Positions 21,574 through 31,953 of a DNA stretch of 64,000 nucleotides are shown piece by piece. The DNA is from a virus (Duplodnaviria; Caudoviricetes). The DNA lies in the IMG/VR virus record IMGVR_UViG_2791355306_000002, positions 2,603-66,602 of that record; one strand, written 5' to 3'. Positions within the stretch are counted from its first letter, which is position 1, and each line of letters starts with the position of its first letter. The notes beneath the pieces were generated by a model. That model searched no databases. It had not been told where the DNA came from and was given only the letters and a program-made list of their open reading frames with translations. Both the position numbers and the translations under genes were made by a program.

Positions 21574-21710
21574 TAAAAAATTGATAAAAATCTTAAACAA
21601 TAAATCAAAAATTTTAAAAAATAAGAAATATCAAATTAATATAAAGAACATAATAATGATCTTATCATTCCTAACCAATCTATCATCTTATACATTCAAT
21701 GTTTTTCCTT

Positions 21711-22943
21711 TTATTTATTACCCATAGCTTCTAATTCTGCTAATTCATCTAAAACACCCATAATCTCATTTATTTTCTTAACATCATAATTGTTTCTAAT
21801 AAATCCTGTATTTATTTTATTTCCGTATTGATCATATTGATATACTACATTATTAGAACCAAGATTGAATATATTAGGATTGTTTTTTACAGTACTATTT
21901 AATCCTAAATTTTTATATGCTCTTGCTTGTTTTAAAATACTAGGTAAAACATTACTACCAATAGGGCTAAATGTTTCACTAAATGGTAATATACTCGATA
22001 TCATCACCTCTACATCTTCAAAATTATCAGGAGTACTAAATAGTTCTACAAACTCTTTATACCCATCAACTCCTCTATCAGTTAATATTTTATTTAAATC
22101 CTTTAAAGGTATAGAGTGTAAAAAGGCACTAGCATTCGCTCTAGACTCTCCATCCCAAGTTTTTATTTTATCAAGAATAACATTAGCGTTTGGTAGAGAA
22201 TTTATAAATTTAGTATCGCCTTTATATTCCTCTTTAATACTATTATATCTCTGTTTTATAGAAGATAGCTTATCTGTTTGAATTTTATTTGTAGCTTTTT
22301 CAAATTCTTGATCATATACTTGTTTTGCTTTACTATATACGACTGATATATTATTTACTCTTTGCATCTTTTGAGGGTCATTAATAAAATCTTCCTTACT
22401 TATTCCAAAATGAATAGCACCATCTTCTATCATTTTATTTTGAAACTCTTCTAAACTTAAATTAGACCTAATACCATTTCCTATCCTTTTACCTGTTTTA
22501 GGAGGAATTCTAGGATTGCTATAAAAAGTATTATATTCCTCCAGCACCTTCTTTCTAAAATTGTTTCCTTGCCTATTATTTATAACAAACTCTTGAATAT
22601 CTGCATACTCTTGAATATGAGGAGCATAGAGATCTTTTAACTCCTTTGCCTCCATCTTTGCTACAGCTTGTTCCATAGGTACATCACTATTCATTTTCTT
22701 AGAAATTTTAGTGATATTCTCTAACAAATTTCCCTTTATATATAAATTTGGATCATACTTACTAGGATTGTTTTTTATATCCTCTAAAGACTCTCTTATA
22801 TTTAAATTATAATTCATAACATCTCCATATACTCTATTAAGTTCATCTGTGTATGCTTTTAAACTAAAGTAGAATATACCTGCATACACAGATACCAGTA
22901 AAGTAATAAATATAATAATATTTTTAAGTATATTCTTGTTCAA
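21711..22943 (-). CDS. Hypothetical protein with N-terminal TM anchor
   Basis: 410 aa, TTG start after AAAGGA, hydrophobic N-terminal helix. Confidence 0.65.
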   Translation of the reverse strand: MNKNILKNIIIFITLLVSVYAGIFYFSLKAYTDELNRVYGDVMNYNLNIRESLEDIKNNPSKYDPNLYIKGNLLENITKISKKMNSDVPMEQAVAKMEAKELKDLYAPHIQEYADIQEFVINNRQGNNFRKKVLEEYNTFYSNPRIPPKTGKRIGNGIRSNLSLEEFQNKMIEDGAIHFGISKEDFINDPQKMQRVNNISVVYSKAKQVYDQEFEKATNKIQTDKLSSIKQRYNSIKEEYKGDTKFINSLPNANVILDKIKTWDGESRANASAFLHSIPLKDLNKILTDRGVDGYKEFVELFSTPDNFEDVEVMISSILPFSETFSPIGSNVLPSILKQARAYKNLGLNSTVKNNPNIFNLGSNNVVYQYDQYGNKINTGFIRNNYDVKKINEIMGVLDELAELEAMGNK

Positions 22944-22968
22944 TGTTTTTTCCTTTCAGATTTGCTTT

Positions 22969-23607
22969 TTACCAATCATTTGGATCATCCTCATTTTGTA
23001 AGTTGTTACTCTTACCACTATATGTTCCATCACTCCCTATATTTAAAGCTCCTACAGCTCTATTTACCAGCATTTGTTGTCCGAGAACTGCAGCAGCAGT
23101 ATTTATATTTTTATATCCATATCTACTTTTAGCTGCTTTAAATTTAGGATGAGCATGGATATAATCATCAAAAGATACCATAGGATCTATATTTCCACTT
23201 TCATTGTGGTTTTTAGCTATTTCTTTATATTCCTTGAGTACCCCACCTACATAATCCCAAGCTCCATCTTCTAGATTCTTCTCTTTTTCTCCTATTCCCT
23301 GTATCAAACTATATTTATAATTTATATTATCCCTCTCTCCCTTTGCCTTTAGCTCAGCTAATTCTATATCATGTAATCTTTGAGCTTCATCATTAGCAGC
23401 TCCATAAGCTAACTTTTGCTCATCTAAGCCTAATCCTTTCTCTTTTAAACCTAATTCATTTTCTTTTAGCTCTAGCTCTCTTTCTACTATAGCTTGAGCT
23501 ATATAATCTTTAAAAGGGTTACCTATATTTAATTGTGGAGCTTCTAATCTCATCATTGGAGCAAAATGAGCCATACCATTTTTATCCATACTTTTACTTC
23601 CTTTCAT
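22969..23607 (-). CDS. Putative internal virion protein
   Basis: 212 aa helical protein following the gp52-like gene. Confidence 0.45.
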   Translation of the reverse strand: MKGSKSMDKNGMAHFAPMMRLEAPQLNIGNPFKDYIAQAIVERELELKENELGLKEKGLGLDEQKLAYGAANDEAQRLHDIELAELKAKGERDNINYKYSLIQGIGEKEKNLEDGAWDYVGGVLKEYKEIAKNHNESGNIDPMVSFDDYIHAHPKFKAAKSRYGYKNINTAAAVLGQQMLVNRAVGALNIGSDGTYSGKSNNLQNEDDPNDW

Positions 23608-23655
23608 ATTTTATTTAAATTCAAATTTAATCTCCCTTAATTTAGGGAGACAACA

Positions 23656-24294
23656 CTATGCTGCTTTACTCACAGTATTTACTGGAGTTGCTGTAGTAGG
23701 TCTGTTTTGTACCTGCTTAGCTCTATTCATCTCAGTAGCTGTAGGAGTTGTAGTATTAGCTTTAGCTGTTGTTGCTAAAGAGTTAGTACCATTTTTAAAT
23801 GTATAATCAAACTCAGGTGTATAAGCATTACCACCAAATAGTTTATTTACATCTCCATTATAACCAGCTAGAGACTGGCTAAAGCTTTGACCATTATTCC
23901 AAGAGTTGGATATATTAGCTCTATTCTTATCTTGTCTAGCCCATTCATGTCTTTGTCTAGCCATATTCTCTTGCAGAATACCTTTTTGAAAATTAAAGGC
24001 ATCTTTTTGTAACTGATAATTCTTATACCCTACAAGACCATCAATCAAAGCACTACCTATCTGAGCTATTCCTCCCACAGTACTTCCTAGCCCTTCTAAT
24101 CCTCCTAATGAAGATAACAATGATCCAGCTCCATTTCCTCCAGCTGCTGCTACACCAGGAACTTTAGAAGCTAATGGTCCTACTCCAAATCCTGTATTAA
24201 TATCTAAAAGTCCATTACCCATCATAGAGCTAGTGGTACTACCAAGACTACTTACCCAAGGGGTAGAAGTACCCATTGAAGCTAAACTAAACAT
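23656..24294 (-). CDS. Gly-rich virion/ejection protein (N4 gp52-like)
   Basis: Gly-rich helix followed by YKNYQLQKDAFNFQK. Confidence 0.55.
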   Translation of the reverse strand: MFSLASMGTSTPWVSSLGSTTSSMMGNGLLDINTGFGVGPLASKVPGVAAAGGNGAGSLLSSLGGLEGLGSTVGGIAQIGSALIDGLVGYKNYQLQKDAFNFQKGILQENMARQRHEWARQDKNRANISNSWNNGQSFSQSLAGYNGDVNKLFGGNAYTPEFDYTFKNGTNSLATTAKANTTTPTATEMNRAKQVQNRPTTATPVNTVSKAA

Positions 24295-24560
24295 TACTCA
24301 CCTCCTTTATTATTTAATTTCTCTATTGCTTGTAAATTTATCTTACACTCATTATACCCTCTATAAAGATCTAGCATAAATTCACTCACATCAACATCTG
24401 TTATTATACTACGATTTGTATCAATTTGCTTAAGTTTAAAATAAGGTTTTGGTATAGTGACATATCTAATCTCTACTTGAGTTACTATCTCTTTGCTGCT
24501 GCAACCTACCAAGAATAGACCTAGCAGTAAGAACAGAAATACTCTCTTTACTATCATCAC
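24294..24560 (-). CDS. Outer-membrane spanin (Rz1-like lipoprotein)
   Basis: Signal peptide with LVGC lipobox; overlaps the i-spanin gene. Confidence 0.75.
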   Translation of the reverse strand: MMIVKRVFLFLLLGLFLVGCSSKEIVTQVEIRYVTIPKPYFKLKQIDTNRSIITDVDVSEFMLDLYRGYNECKINLQAIEKLNNKGGE

Positions 24561-24822
24561 TCTTTACCTCCTTTATAATCTCTTTTATTACTACTTCATT
24601 ACTCTGCTTAGATTCCATCATCTCATCTATAATCTTTATCTCTTTATCTCTTAAAGAGCTAATCTCATCTAATCTTAGTAGTAATCCTTTATTCACACTT
24701 ACTGCTTCATTTAACTCTTTAGTTAAACTTCTATTCTCATTTTTTAAACTATCAATTACAAATCTTTGATATACTCCATACATAAGCATAATAGCTATAG
24801 ATACAATAACAGCTACTCTCAT
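24466..24822 (-). CDS. Inner-membrane spanin (Rz-like)
   Basis: N-terminal TM plus coiled coil, after the endolysin. Confidence 0.75.
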   Translation of the reverse strand: MRVAVIVSIAIMLMYGVYQRFVIDSLKNENRSLTKELNEAVSVNKGLLLRLDEISSLRDKEIKIIDEMMESKQSNEVVIKEIIKEVKSDDSKESISVLTARSILGRLQQQRDSNSSRD

Positions 24823-25229
24823 ATCTCATCTTTAAAAGCATTAACTATCTCAAATTCATACTCATTTATATCCCCACTCTCAAGCTTAGATATAAACTCC
24901 TCTACTGTAGGTTTAGACTCTAATACTCCATGCTTACAAGTCTTTTGACCTAGCAAGATACAACCTTCAGTATCATCAGCATAGTTACCACTGTGGATTA
25001 ATATATATCTATCCATAGGTACTTCATCATTATACAGATGTGGTAATCTCTTTTTAAATTTAGGGCTATTATGCCATCTCATATTATATCTACCTGAAGG
25101 TATCCTTCTATCTCTACCTCTTAGAGTAGTCTCTTCTCCACGAGGTTCAAATGTATAACATTTAAAATCCTCATGTTCTAACTCTCCCCAAGTACCTATA
25201 TCATTTTCTTTATATCTAGTTACTCTCAT
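24819..25229 (-). CDS. Putative endolysin, DUF5675 family
   Basis: RIPSGRY, ILIHSGN..DTEGCILLG; between holin and spanins. Confidence 0.75.
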   Translation of the reverse strand: MRVTRYKENDIGTWGELEHEDFKCYTFEPRGEETTLRGRDRRIPSGRYNMRWHNSPKFKKRLPHLYNDEVPMDRYILIHSGNYADDTEGCILLGQKTCKHGVLESKPTVEEFISKLESGDINEYEFEIVNAFKDEI

Positions 25230-25260
25230 TTAACCTCCTTTATTAGAGGGAGTTACCCCT

Positions 25261-25689
25261 CTAATTAAAATCATCTTTTACAATTACACCATCTTTTTTC
25301 TTATATATCTGTTGAGTATCATGGTCATAGTGTGTAAATCCATTTAAGCTTTTTGTCCAAATAGCACTCTTAAGCAAAGAACAAGAAGAAGTTATAGAAC
25401 TCTCAGCTGACTGCATATCCTTTTTAAGTTCTTTAATATCTTCTGTTAGAGAAGCTCTCATCTTCTCACTATTAGTGATACTCTCTTTGAAAACTTCTCT
25501 ATTCTTCTCAACCTCAACAATTAAAGCCTTTATCTCATCATGAGAGGATTTAATCTCTGTAAGAATCTCTTGATGTATATCTTTTCTTATCCTTACATTC
25601 TCTTTATAAAAGTAAATAATAGCTATTACCAAACAAGCTCCAGTACTTAACTGATCTATATGCTGAAATACCCACTCATTTGCTTCCAT
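25261..25689 (-). CDS. Putative holin
   Basis: Single N-terminal TM, coiled tail, first gene of the lysis cluster. Confidence 0.5.
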   Translation of the reverse strand: MEANEWVFQHIDQLSTGACLVIAIIYFYKENVRIRKDIHQEILTEIKSSHDEIKALIVEVEKNREVFKESITNSEKMRASLTEDIKELKKDMQSAESSITSSCSLLKSAIWTKSLNGFTHYDHDTQQIYKKKDGVIVKDDFN

Positions 25690-25707
25690 ATATCTCCTTT
25701 CTTAACA

Positions 25708-26649
25708 TTACGAAATAGCTACATTAGTAATCACTCCTTTTTGATGAGAACTAGAGTAGCCATACATTAATCCTACTTTGTATATCACTTCATCAGCTGT
25801 AGCTTTACCAGATCCAACTAATGAACTACCTTCATTCATATCGTATGAAAACCACTCTTCATCGTTAAATAAAAATTTATACACTCCACTACCAGTGTAT
25901 GTAATACTTAGCTTACCATTAGTCCAATCCTTAGCTACACTAGTTTGAGCTGATGTAGCTAGAGGTCTAAATGGACCATAGTCATTTGCAGAACTAGACC
26001 ATTCACTTCTATGTTCGTCCCAATTTCTATTTTGCAAAGTAAAACCATCTCCACTACCTCTTACAACAGTAAGGTTGTAATTATTTGAAACTCCACTTCT
26101 ATCATAACCTTTAGTGTTATGTTTTAATAGTAATCCAGAGTATTTTCCATCTAGTGTTCTTTCTAACAAAATTACACAATTTACAGGTAGATTAGTAAAA
26201 TGAACTGTACCAGTATCACTACCATCATTAAAATCAAAGAACACACTATCAGGTAAAGCTTTGCTAGATACTTTCTCAAAAGATAGATCACCATTATCTT
26301 GAAGTATAAAGTTCTTTTCTCCCCATAACTCTACATTACTAGGTGTATCTCTTAGCTCTATCTCTACTGTAGTAACACTATTACCATTAGTTAAACTAAT
26401 CTGTTTTACACTAAAGTCTGAAGCATTGATAGAGTAAAGTATGCTACCACTAGGTAGTCCAAAAGCAGTAGCCTTCTCTTCATCTTCTATAGTTAGTTCT
26501 CTATCATCAAGTCTTAAACCTACAATACTATCAAGTCCAGTCTTTAGCTCAACAAGTATCCACTTACCAAGACCAACCCCTATGTAGGGGTCAGTACTTT
26601 CAAACTCTTTTAATCTTTTAATATCTGCTGTTATAACATGTCTTTTCAT
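25708..26649 (-). CDS. Tail-associated beta-rich protein
   Basis: N-terminus resembles the C-terminal domain of the upstream 1027-aa protein. Confidence 0.5.
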   Translation of the reverse strand: MKRHVITADIKRLKEFESTDPYIGVGLGKWILVELKTGLDSIVGLRLDDRELTIEDEEKATAFGLPSGSILYSINASDFSVKQISLTNGNSVTTVEIELRDTPSNVELWGEKNFILQDNGDLSFEKVSSKALPDSVFFDFNDGSDTGTVHFTNLPVNCVILLERTLDGKYSGLLLKHNTKGYDRSGVSNNYNLTVVRGSGDGFTLQNRNWDEHRSEWSSSANDYGPFRPLATSAQTSVAKDWTNGKLSITYTGSGVYKFLFNDEEWFSYDMNEGSSLVGSGKATADEVIYKVGLMYGYSSSHQKGVITNVAIS

Positions 26650-26653
26650 ATTA

Positions 26654-29600
26654 TTACTCCATTACAATAATGTCTGAGAAGTTTTGATTGTTAGTAGATT
26701 CACCATCTGGTAAAGGACTAGTAGGTGAAACTGTAGAACTTCCTTGAGTATCTACAGGAGTATCTACTTGTTTAAATACTACCTTAATATCCTTACTTAT
26801 TCCATCTTTAGATAGAGACAGTGTTCTACCACTACCATCAGTATCAGCTTTAAACCAGAATACAAAACTACCACCACTTAATCCATTTACCTTAGCAGTT
26901 TCATCATATGATTTATCTAATACACTACCATTTACAGATATACCTTCTACACTATCAAATCCAGTTTTAATACCTATTCCAACCCATTTATGGCTACCTT
27001 GGTTTGGGTTACTTGAAGCATAAGTTTGTAGATTATTTATATCACCAGTTACAGTTATAGTAGATGTAAGTTTATTGATATCTATACTAACTTTACTTTG
27101 GTTATTATTAAATTCACTTCCCATATCACTTCTATTTACTGCTTCATAATCTAGGTTAAAACTTCCTTTAGGAATCTTAACTCTAGCATTATAAAAGTCA
27201 AGTACTTCATAATCGTATGTACCACCAGCATACATAGCTGTAGCTACTTGTAATCCATCTACAACAGCTTCATATCCAGTAGCTTTACCATGACCATATG
27301 GAGATTGGATATATTGTAATTTAGAAGGAACAAAATCACATCTAAATTCTACATCAACAAGACCATTACCATTATTACCCACTAGATATTCGTGATCATA
27401 ATTACTTGGAGCTGTGTATAGTAAGAACTCTTCAAATCCATAACTAGAAGAGTATTGTTCTGAGTGTCTTATAGCTATTACTTTTTTCTCTCCTTCTAGA
27501 AGTACATAATTTTCTGGAGCAGTAGCTAATTCAGTAATTTTCTCATCTTCTCTAGGAGTTAAGATATATGTAGCTTCATCATCCCTACTAGATAAATAAG
27601 CATACTTAGGATATAGTCTCTCACCACTTTCATTAAAAAATTCAACATTACTTACACCAGTACCATAGCTATCATACTGTATATCTAATCCTCTAAATGA
27701 GAATACAAATGGATTTTCACTACTTATAGTATCTACTAAATTAGCTATAGAACCTATAGAGTAATTTGGTACATAAGCTATAGGAGCTATATTCCAAGCT
27801 TTAGCTAACTCTACAAATCCTTCACCTTTACTATTTACATCAATATCTTGTAAAGATATAACCATATCCCTTCTTTTATTGTCTTCATTAGGTATCAAAG
27901 ATTCTCCTACTAGTTCTCCACAACTAAGTATAAAATCACACTTAGTAATCAAATGAGTACTATCTTCATACCCAGTTCTTACTGAAATCTCTGCAGGGAT
28001 AAAGTCCTTAATGCTAATCTCTACCCTTTCTCCCACAGCATTACCAGCAGAACACCAGCCACTATTTTCATCTAAACCGATTCTATAAGCATCATATCCA
28101 CCAGCATATGTAGAGGTAGTTCTAATATTTACTACTATCTCATCTTCTTGTTTTTCATAGTTACTCTCTACTTTTTCTACTTCAGAATCTAGCTTAGGAA
28201 CATTTTCTTTTTCTACAAAGTATAAAGTAGCTGATGTTAAAGATGGATTATAATATTTAGCCATTATATATACTTTACCATCACTACCTATTAGTTTTAG
28301 ATTTTGTAAAGTAGCATATGAGTTGTTATATGTACTATCTATCTCTAAAGTTAAATTTACATTACCATTTCTATCTTTTAGATTATAAGGATCATATATA
28401 GTAAGGTCGCTAGGTACATCATATCCACAATATTTCATAGTAGCTACTACTTGAGAATATGTAGCTCCTTGTAAATTACTAGCCATATTAGCTACAGCAG
28501 AAGATAACTCTTGAATCTTACTATTCTCATTTACAGCTCTAGCTACTTGTTCATCATCTACTGTAACTCCAGTTGGTATTTCACTTTTTAAAGCATAGTT
28601 ACCTAGCTCAGCTTTAGTAGCTAAGTTTAATATATCACTACTATTAGCTTTAGTATCTAACTCACTTCTATCTACTTTATTACTTAATTCATCTTTTGTA
28701 GCTAGTATAGAGATTACTGAACTATCAACTTTAGTAGCAAGACTATTAGTTACCTCTTCTTTAGTAGCTAATACTACTATCTCATCTTTACTAGCTAGTC
28801 CTTCTATACTCTCTTCAATTACTACAATCTTTTCATTGATAGGAGTTATCTCATCTTTAGTAGCTAGTTTAGCTATCTCTTCATTTACTTCTATCTTAGT
28901 CACTAATCCATCTACCATTACCTTATCAGCTTTACCTGATAGAGCTAGATTTAATTGATCAGTTGTAGTATATCTAGATAGATCTACACTAGCTTGTAGA
29001 TTAGCTATATCTTTTTTAGTTACTATCTCATTATCTTCGATACTCTCATAAGTAGAGCTATTTTTAGAGTAGTATGCTCCATTAGGATTCAGCCATAACC
29101 TAGTACCTAGCTTAGCCTTATTCCTAGCATACATTAAAGCATAGACATTATCTCCACCATCATTTACACCAGCAAATGAGTTATAAGTCTCACCTAGAAA
29201 CTTAGCTCCACCACCAGTTACTTCATTTTCTATTCTAGCTTCACCTTTATCTACTATTATGCTTTGAGTAACTTTATTATTTACTTCTTCTTTAGTAGCA
29301 TATCCATCTAGATTTACATTACCACCAGCAGATACTGTAGCTACTTTCTCATCTACTTCAGATTTAGTATATACATCAGCTACATTAGCTTTACTATCTA
29401 AATCTAATGTAGTAATCTTATTATCTATCAATTCATTTATTCTATTCTCATCTAAAGTTACTGTACCACTAGATGGAATTTTAGCTAACTCTTCACCTAA
29501 CTTAGTAGATGTAACATAATCAGTTTTTAATATATTTCCATCACTCTTTATAGTAGAGATAAAATCATCATCAACTACATAAAACTGAGCCTTATGCTGT

Positions 29601-29737
29601 ACAGCAAATACATCACCTATATAGTTATTAGCTTGATCTTTAGCTCTTCTTTGATTTACTACACTTATTACAGAATTCTCTATACTCTCTAAACTAGCAC
29701 TGCTAGTAGCAATAACTGTTAATTTTTTAGTTCCCAT
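26654..29737 (-). CDS. Tail fibre/appendage protein
   Basis: 1027 aa with repeated LATKxE/KAD fibre motifs and beta-rich distal domains. Confidence 0.7.
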   Translation of the reverse strand: MGTKKLTVIATSSASLESIENSVISVVNQRRAKDQANNYIGDVFAVQHKAQFYVVDDDFISTIKSDGNILKTDYVTSTKLGEELAKIPSSGTVTLDENRINELIDNKITTLDLDSKANVADVYTKSEVDEKVATVSAGGNVNLDGYATKEEVNNKVTQSIIVDKGEARIENEVTGGGAKFLGETYNSFAGVNDGGDNVYALMYARNKAKLGTRLWLNPNGAYYSKNSSTYESIEDNEIVTKKDIANLQASVDLSRYTTTDQLNLALSGKADKVMVDGLVTKIEVNEEIAKLATKDEITPINEKIVVIEESIEGLASKDEIVVLATKEEVTNSLATKVDSSVISILATKDELSNKVDRSELDTKANSSDILNLATKAELGNYALKSEIPTGVTVDDEQVARAVNENSKIQELSSAVANMASNLQGATYSQVVATMKYCGYDVPSDLTIYDPYNLKDRNGNVNLTLEIDSTYNNSYATLQNLKLIGSDGKVYIMAKYYNPSLTSATLYFVEKENVPKLDSEVEKVESNYEKQEDEIVVNIRTTSTYAGGYDAYRIGLDENSGWCSAGNAVGERVEISIKDFIPAEISVRTGYEDSTHLITKCDFILSCGELVGESLIPNEDNKRRDMVISLQDIDVNSKGEGFVELAKAWNIAPIAYVPNYSIGSIANLVDTISSENPFVFSFRGLDIQYDSYGTGVSNVEFFNESGERLYPKYAYLSSRDDEATYILTPREDEKITELATAPENYVLLEGEKKVIAIRHSEQYSSSYGFEEFLLYTAPSNYDHEYLVGNNGNGLVDVEFRCDFVPSKLQYIQSPYGHGKATGYEAVVDGLQVATAMYAGGTYDYEVLDFYNARVKIPKGSFNLDYEAVNRSDMGSEFNNNQSKVSIDINKLTSTITVTGDINNLQTYASSNPNQGSHKWVGIGIKTGFDSVEGISVNGSVLDKSYDETAKVNGLSGGSFVFWFKADTDGSGRTLSLSKDGISKDIKVVFKQVDTPVDTQGSSTVSPTSPLPDGESTNNQNFSDIIVME

Positions 29738-30081
29738 TACTTATCTCCTTTTATTACTTCTTTTATTTGATGAAAAAAATTACAATATAAATAAAAAGTC
29801 TTAGCTTTCCATTTGCTCACACCAACATCAAGCATAGCTTCATAAAATTTCTTATCTGCTTCTTTATAACTAACCTTTGGATACTCATCACATAAATAAT
29901 CATGTATAACAATAGCACTCATATATTCAGGACTATTAGGAGGAAATATACTCCAAAAGATCCTTGGAATATCAGCTCCATTTGTTACATACCCCTTAGG
30001 TATCCTAATACCTTTATAAGTATATGATTTCATCAATTCATATTTGTCCTTACCTACAGGACTTATTAATACTCTTTCCAT
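29737..30081 (-). CDS. DUF1353-family protein
   Basis: IPKGYVTNGADIPRIFW..AIVIHDYLC..EAD. Confidence 0.85.
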   Translation of the reverse strand: MERVLISPVGKDKYELMKSYTYKGIRIPKGYVTNGADIPRIFWSIFPPNSPEYMSAIVIHDYLCDEYPKVSYKEADKKFYEAMLDVGVSKWKAKTFYLYCNFFHQIKEVIKGDK

Positions 30082-30146
30082 TTAACCTCCTTTATATTTT
30101 TTAATTTAGTTTTTATACTCATTCTAGATAATCCACCTCCTAAAGC

Positions 30147-30638
30147 TTAATCCACCCACGCTATAGCTTTTATCTCATCTATGCTAGCAGCATTATTTAC
30201 AGCAGTTCTTAGCTGGTCGTGCTTAAATATTACACTCTCAGTATGAGCTGCTACTGCTACACCAAAAGCCATAAATTCTTCTTTGCTAAAGCTAACTACT
30301 TTATTATCCTTAGTAATCCAATTTATAGCCCCAATGTCTTGCCCACTAGAGGCAGCTAGTAGAATTTGGCTTACCTTGCCACTTATATTTATCTTGCTAT
30401 CGCTATCTATTTGATACTCATTACCTTGATAATTTAGCGTTAAAAGCTTTGTAGCCTTTAGCTCTGAGAGTTCATCTAATTTATTACTTTTAGCTATTTC
30501 TAAATCATTACGACCTAAAGCCTGTAGCTCGGTATCAGTTTCATTTATTTGATAACCATTGTTATGATTATTATTTACAATAAACTCTATTCTTTCTTCA
30601 TCAGTGTAAGGTTTTTTTAAAACTGCTTTAATTTCCAT
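30147..30638 (-). CDS. Tail fibre assembly chaperone (DUF4376-like)
   Basis: YQID..S..NI, WITKDN, C-terminal IAW; start moved to the ATG at 30638 after AAGGAG. Confidence 0.75.
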   Translation of the reverse strand: MEIKAVLKKPYTDEERIEFIVNNNHNNGYQINETDTELQALGRNDLEIAKSNKLDELSELKATKLLTLNYQGNEYQIDSDSKINISGKVSQILLAASSGQDIGAINWITKDNKVVSFSKEEFMAFGVAVAAHTESVIFKHDQLRTAVNNAASIDEIKAIAWVD

Positions 30639-30649
30639 TTTTATCTCCT

Positions 30650-31942
30650 TTATGCAATATACCCACAAGTTTTCCAGTTTCGGCAAGTTGCAGTGTTATT
30701 TTTTTGAGAATTCATCTTAAAAGAAGTAGTTGTAACATCCATAATTTGCTCATCGTTTGGCCACCAGCACTCATTTTTACCACCCATATGTGATGTGTAT
30801 ATACAATAGTTAGTACCTTTATAAGGCTTTAACAAAGTAACAGTATCGTACCGTGATGTTGTATTAGGTGCAAAACCACCTTGCTCACACCATTTATCAC
30901 TCCAAACTCTATACCACGACCCAGTAGAAGTATTATTATAGGTTTCTATAATATATGCTTTAGCCTTTTTATCTACATAATCTTTAGTAGCTAAATGGTT
31001 AGCTCTTGTAGGAGCTACATTGCATATTGGGGCTTTGTTATTGAAGGTAACTTGCCCAGTATTAAAGGTATTGTTACCACTAAAAGTATTAGCTCCTTTG
31101 CTAGTTATTGCTCCATTAAATGTAGTAGTTCCACTAAGGGTCTTATTACCAGCAATTGTTTGATTACCTGTTAGATTAACCGTAGCGTTAGCATTGGCTT
31201 TAGCATTCACTTTAGTATCAACTTCAGTTTTTGTATAAGTTGTCGCTTGATTGGCTTTGGTAGCTATATCACTATCTAAATTTACTTTTATCTCATCTAT
31301 ATACTCTTTAGTAGCTATCTCTTTTGGTTTGTGTTCTTCTAGCTCTTTTTCTATACTATCTTTTTGACCTAGTAGATTATTTATTGTCTGTTCTAGATTA
31401 GTTATCTCATTAATTAGGTTAGTAATGTTTTGAGTTACAGTAGCTAACTCTCTTTCTTTTTCTGCTTTTTGTCTCTCTAGCTCTGTAGTACCCTCACCTC
31501 TAGCCTTAGCTTCTTCTATCTTTTTATCTAGCTCAGCTATCTCTTGTTCTAATTGTTCTTTTAGTTTTTCTTGATGAGATAACTCATCTTTTTTATCATT
31601 AAGTTCATTTTGGATACTGCTTAAATTCTCTTCTACTTTATCTAATCTATCAATGATATCTTCTTTTACATCATCTTTAGGTAGAGCTTCTTCTATCTTA
31701 TCTAGTCTCTCATATATCATCTGAAAATCATTGAATAACAATATATTCTTATCTAGCTTATATAGTCCTACTACATTATCACTAGCTACTATCCAATGTT
31801 TTAAAAGCACAGTATCGAACACATGAGCTACACAACCAGTAAAAGGATCACACCATCTATTAACCTTTTTAATCAAAGACCCTTGAATCTCTTCAAGGGT
31901 AGTTCCTTTTTTTAAGTAGTAATTAAACTCTTTTAGTATCAT
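30650..31942 (-). CDS. Tail fibre / receptor-binding protein
   Basis: Coiled coil, QTIAGNKT repeats, LATKDYVD, tip domain WYRVWSDKWCEQGG. Confidence 0.8.
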   Translation of the reverse strand: MILKEFNYYLKKGTTLEEIQGSLIKKVNRWCDPFTGCVAHVFDTVLLKHWIVASDNVVGLYKLDKNILLFNDFQMIYERLDKIEEALPKDDVKEDIIDRLDKVEENLSSIQNELNDKKDELSHQEKLKEQLEQEIAELDKKIEEAKARGEGTTELERQKAEKERELATVTQNITNLINEITNLEQTINNLLGQKDSIEKELEEHKPKEIATKEYIDEIKVNLDSDIATKANQATTYTKTEVDTKVNAKANANATVNLTGNQTIAGNKTLSGTTTFNGAITSKGANTFSGNNTFNTGQVTFNNKAPICNVAPTRANHLATKDYVDKKAKAYIIETYNNTSTGSWYRVWSDKWCEQGGFAPNTTSRYDTVTLLKPYKGTNYCIYTSHMGGKNECWWPNDEQIMDVTTTSFKMNSQKNNTATCRNWKTCGYIA

Positions 31943-31953
31943 TTACATCTCCA

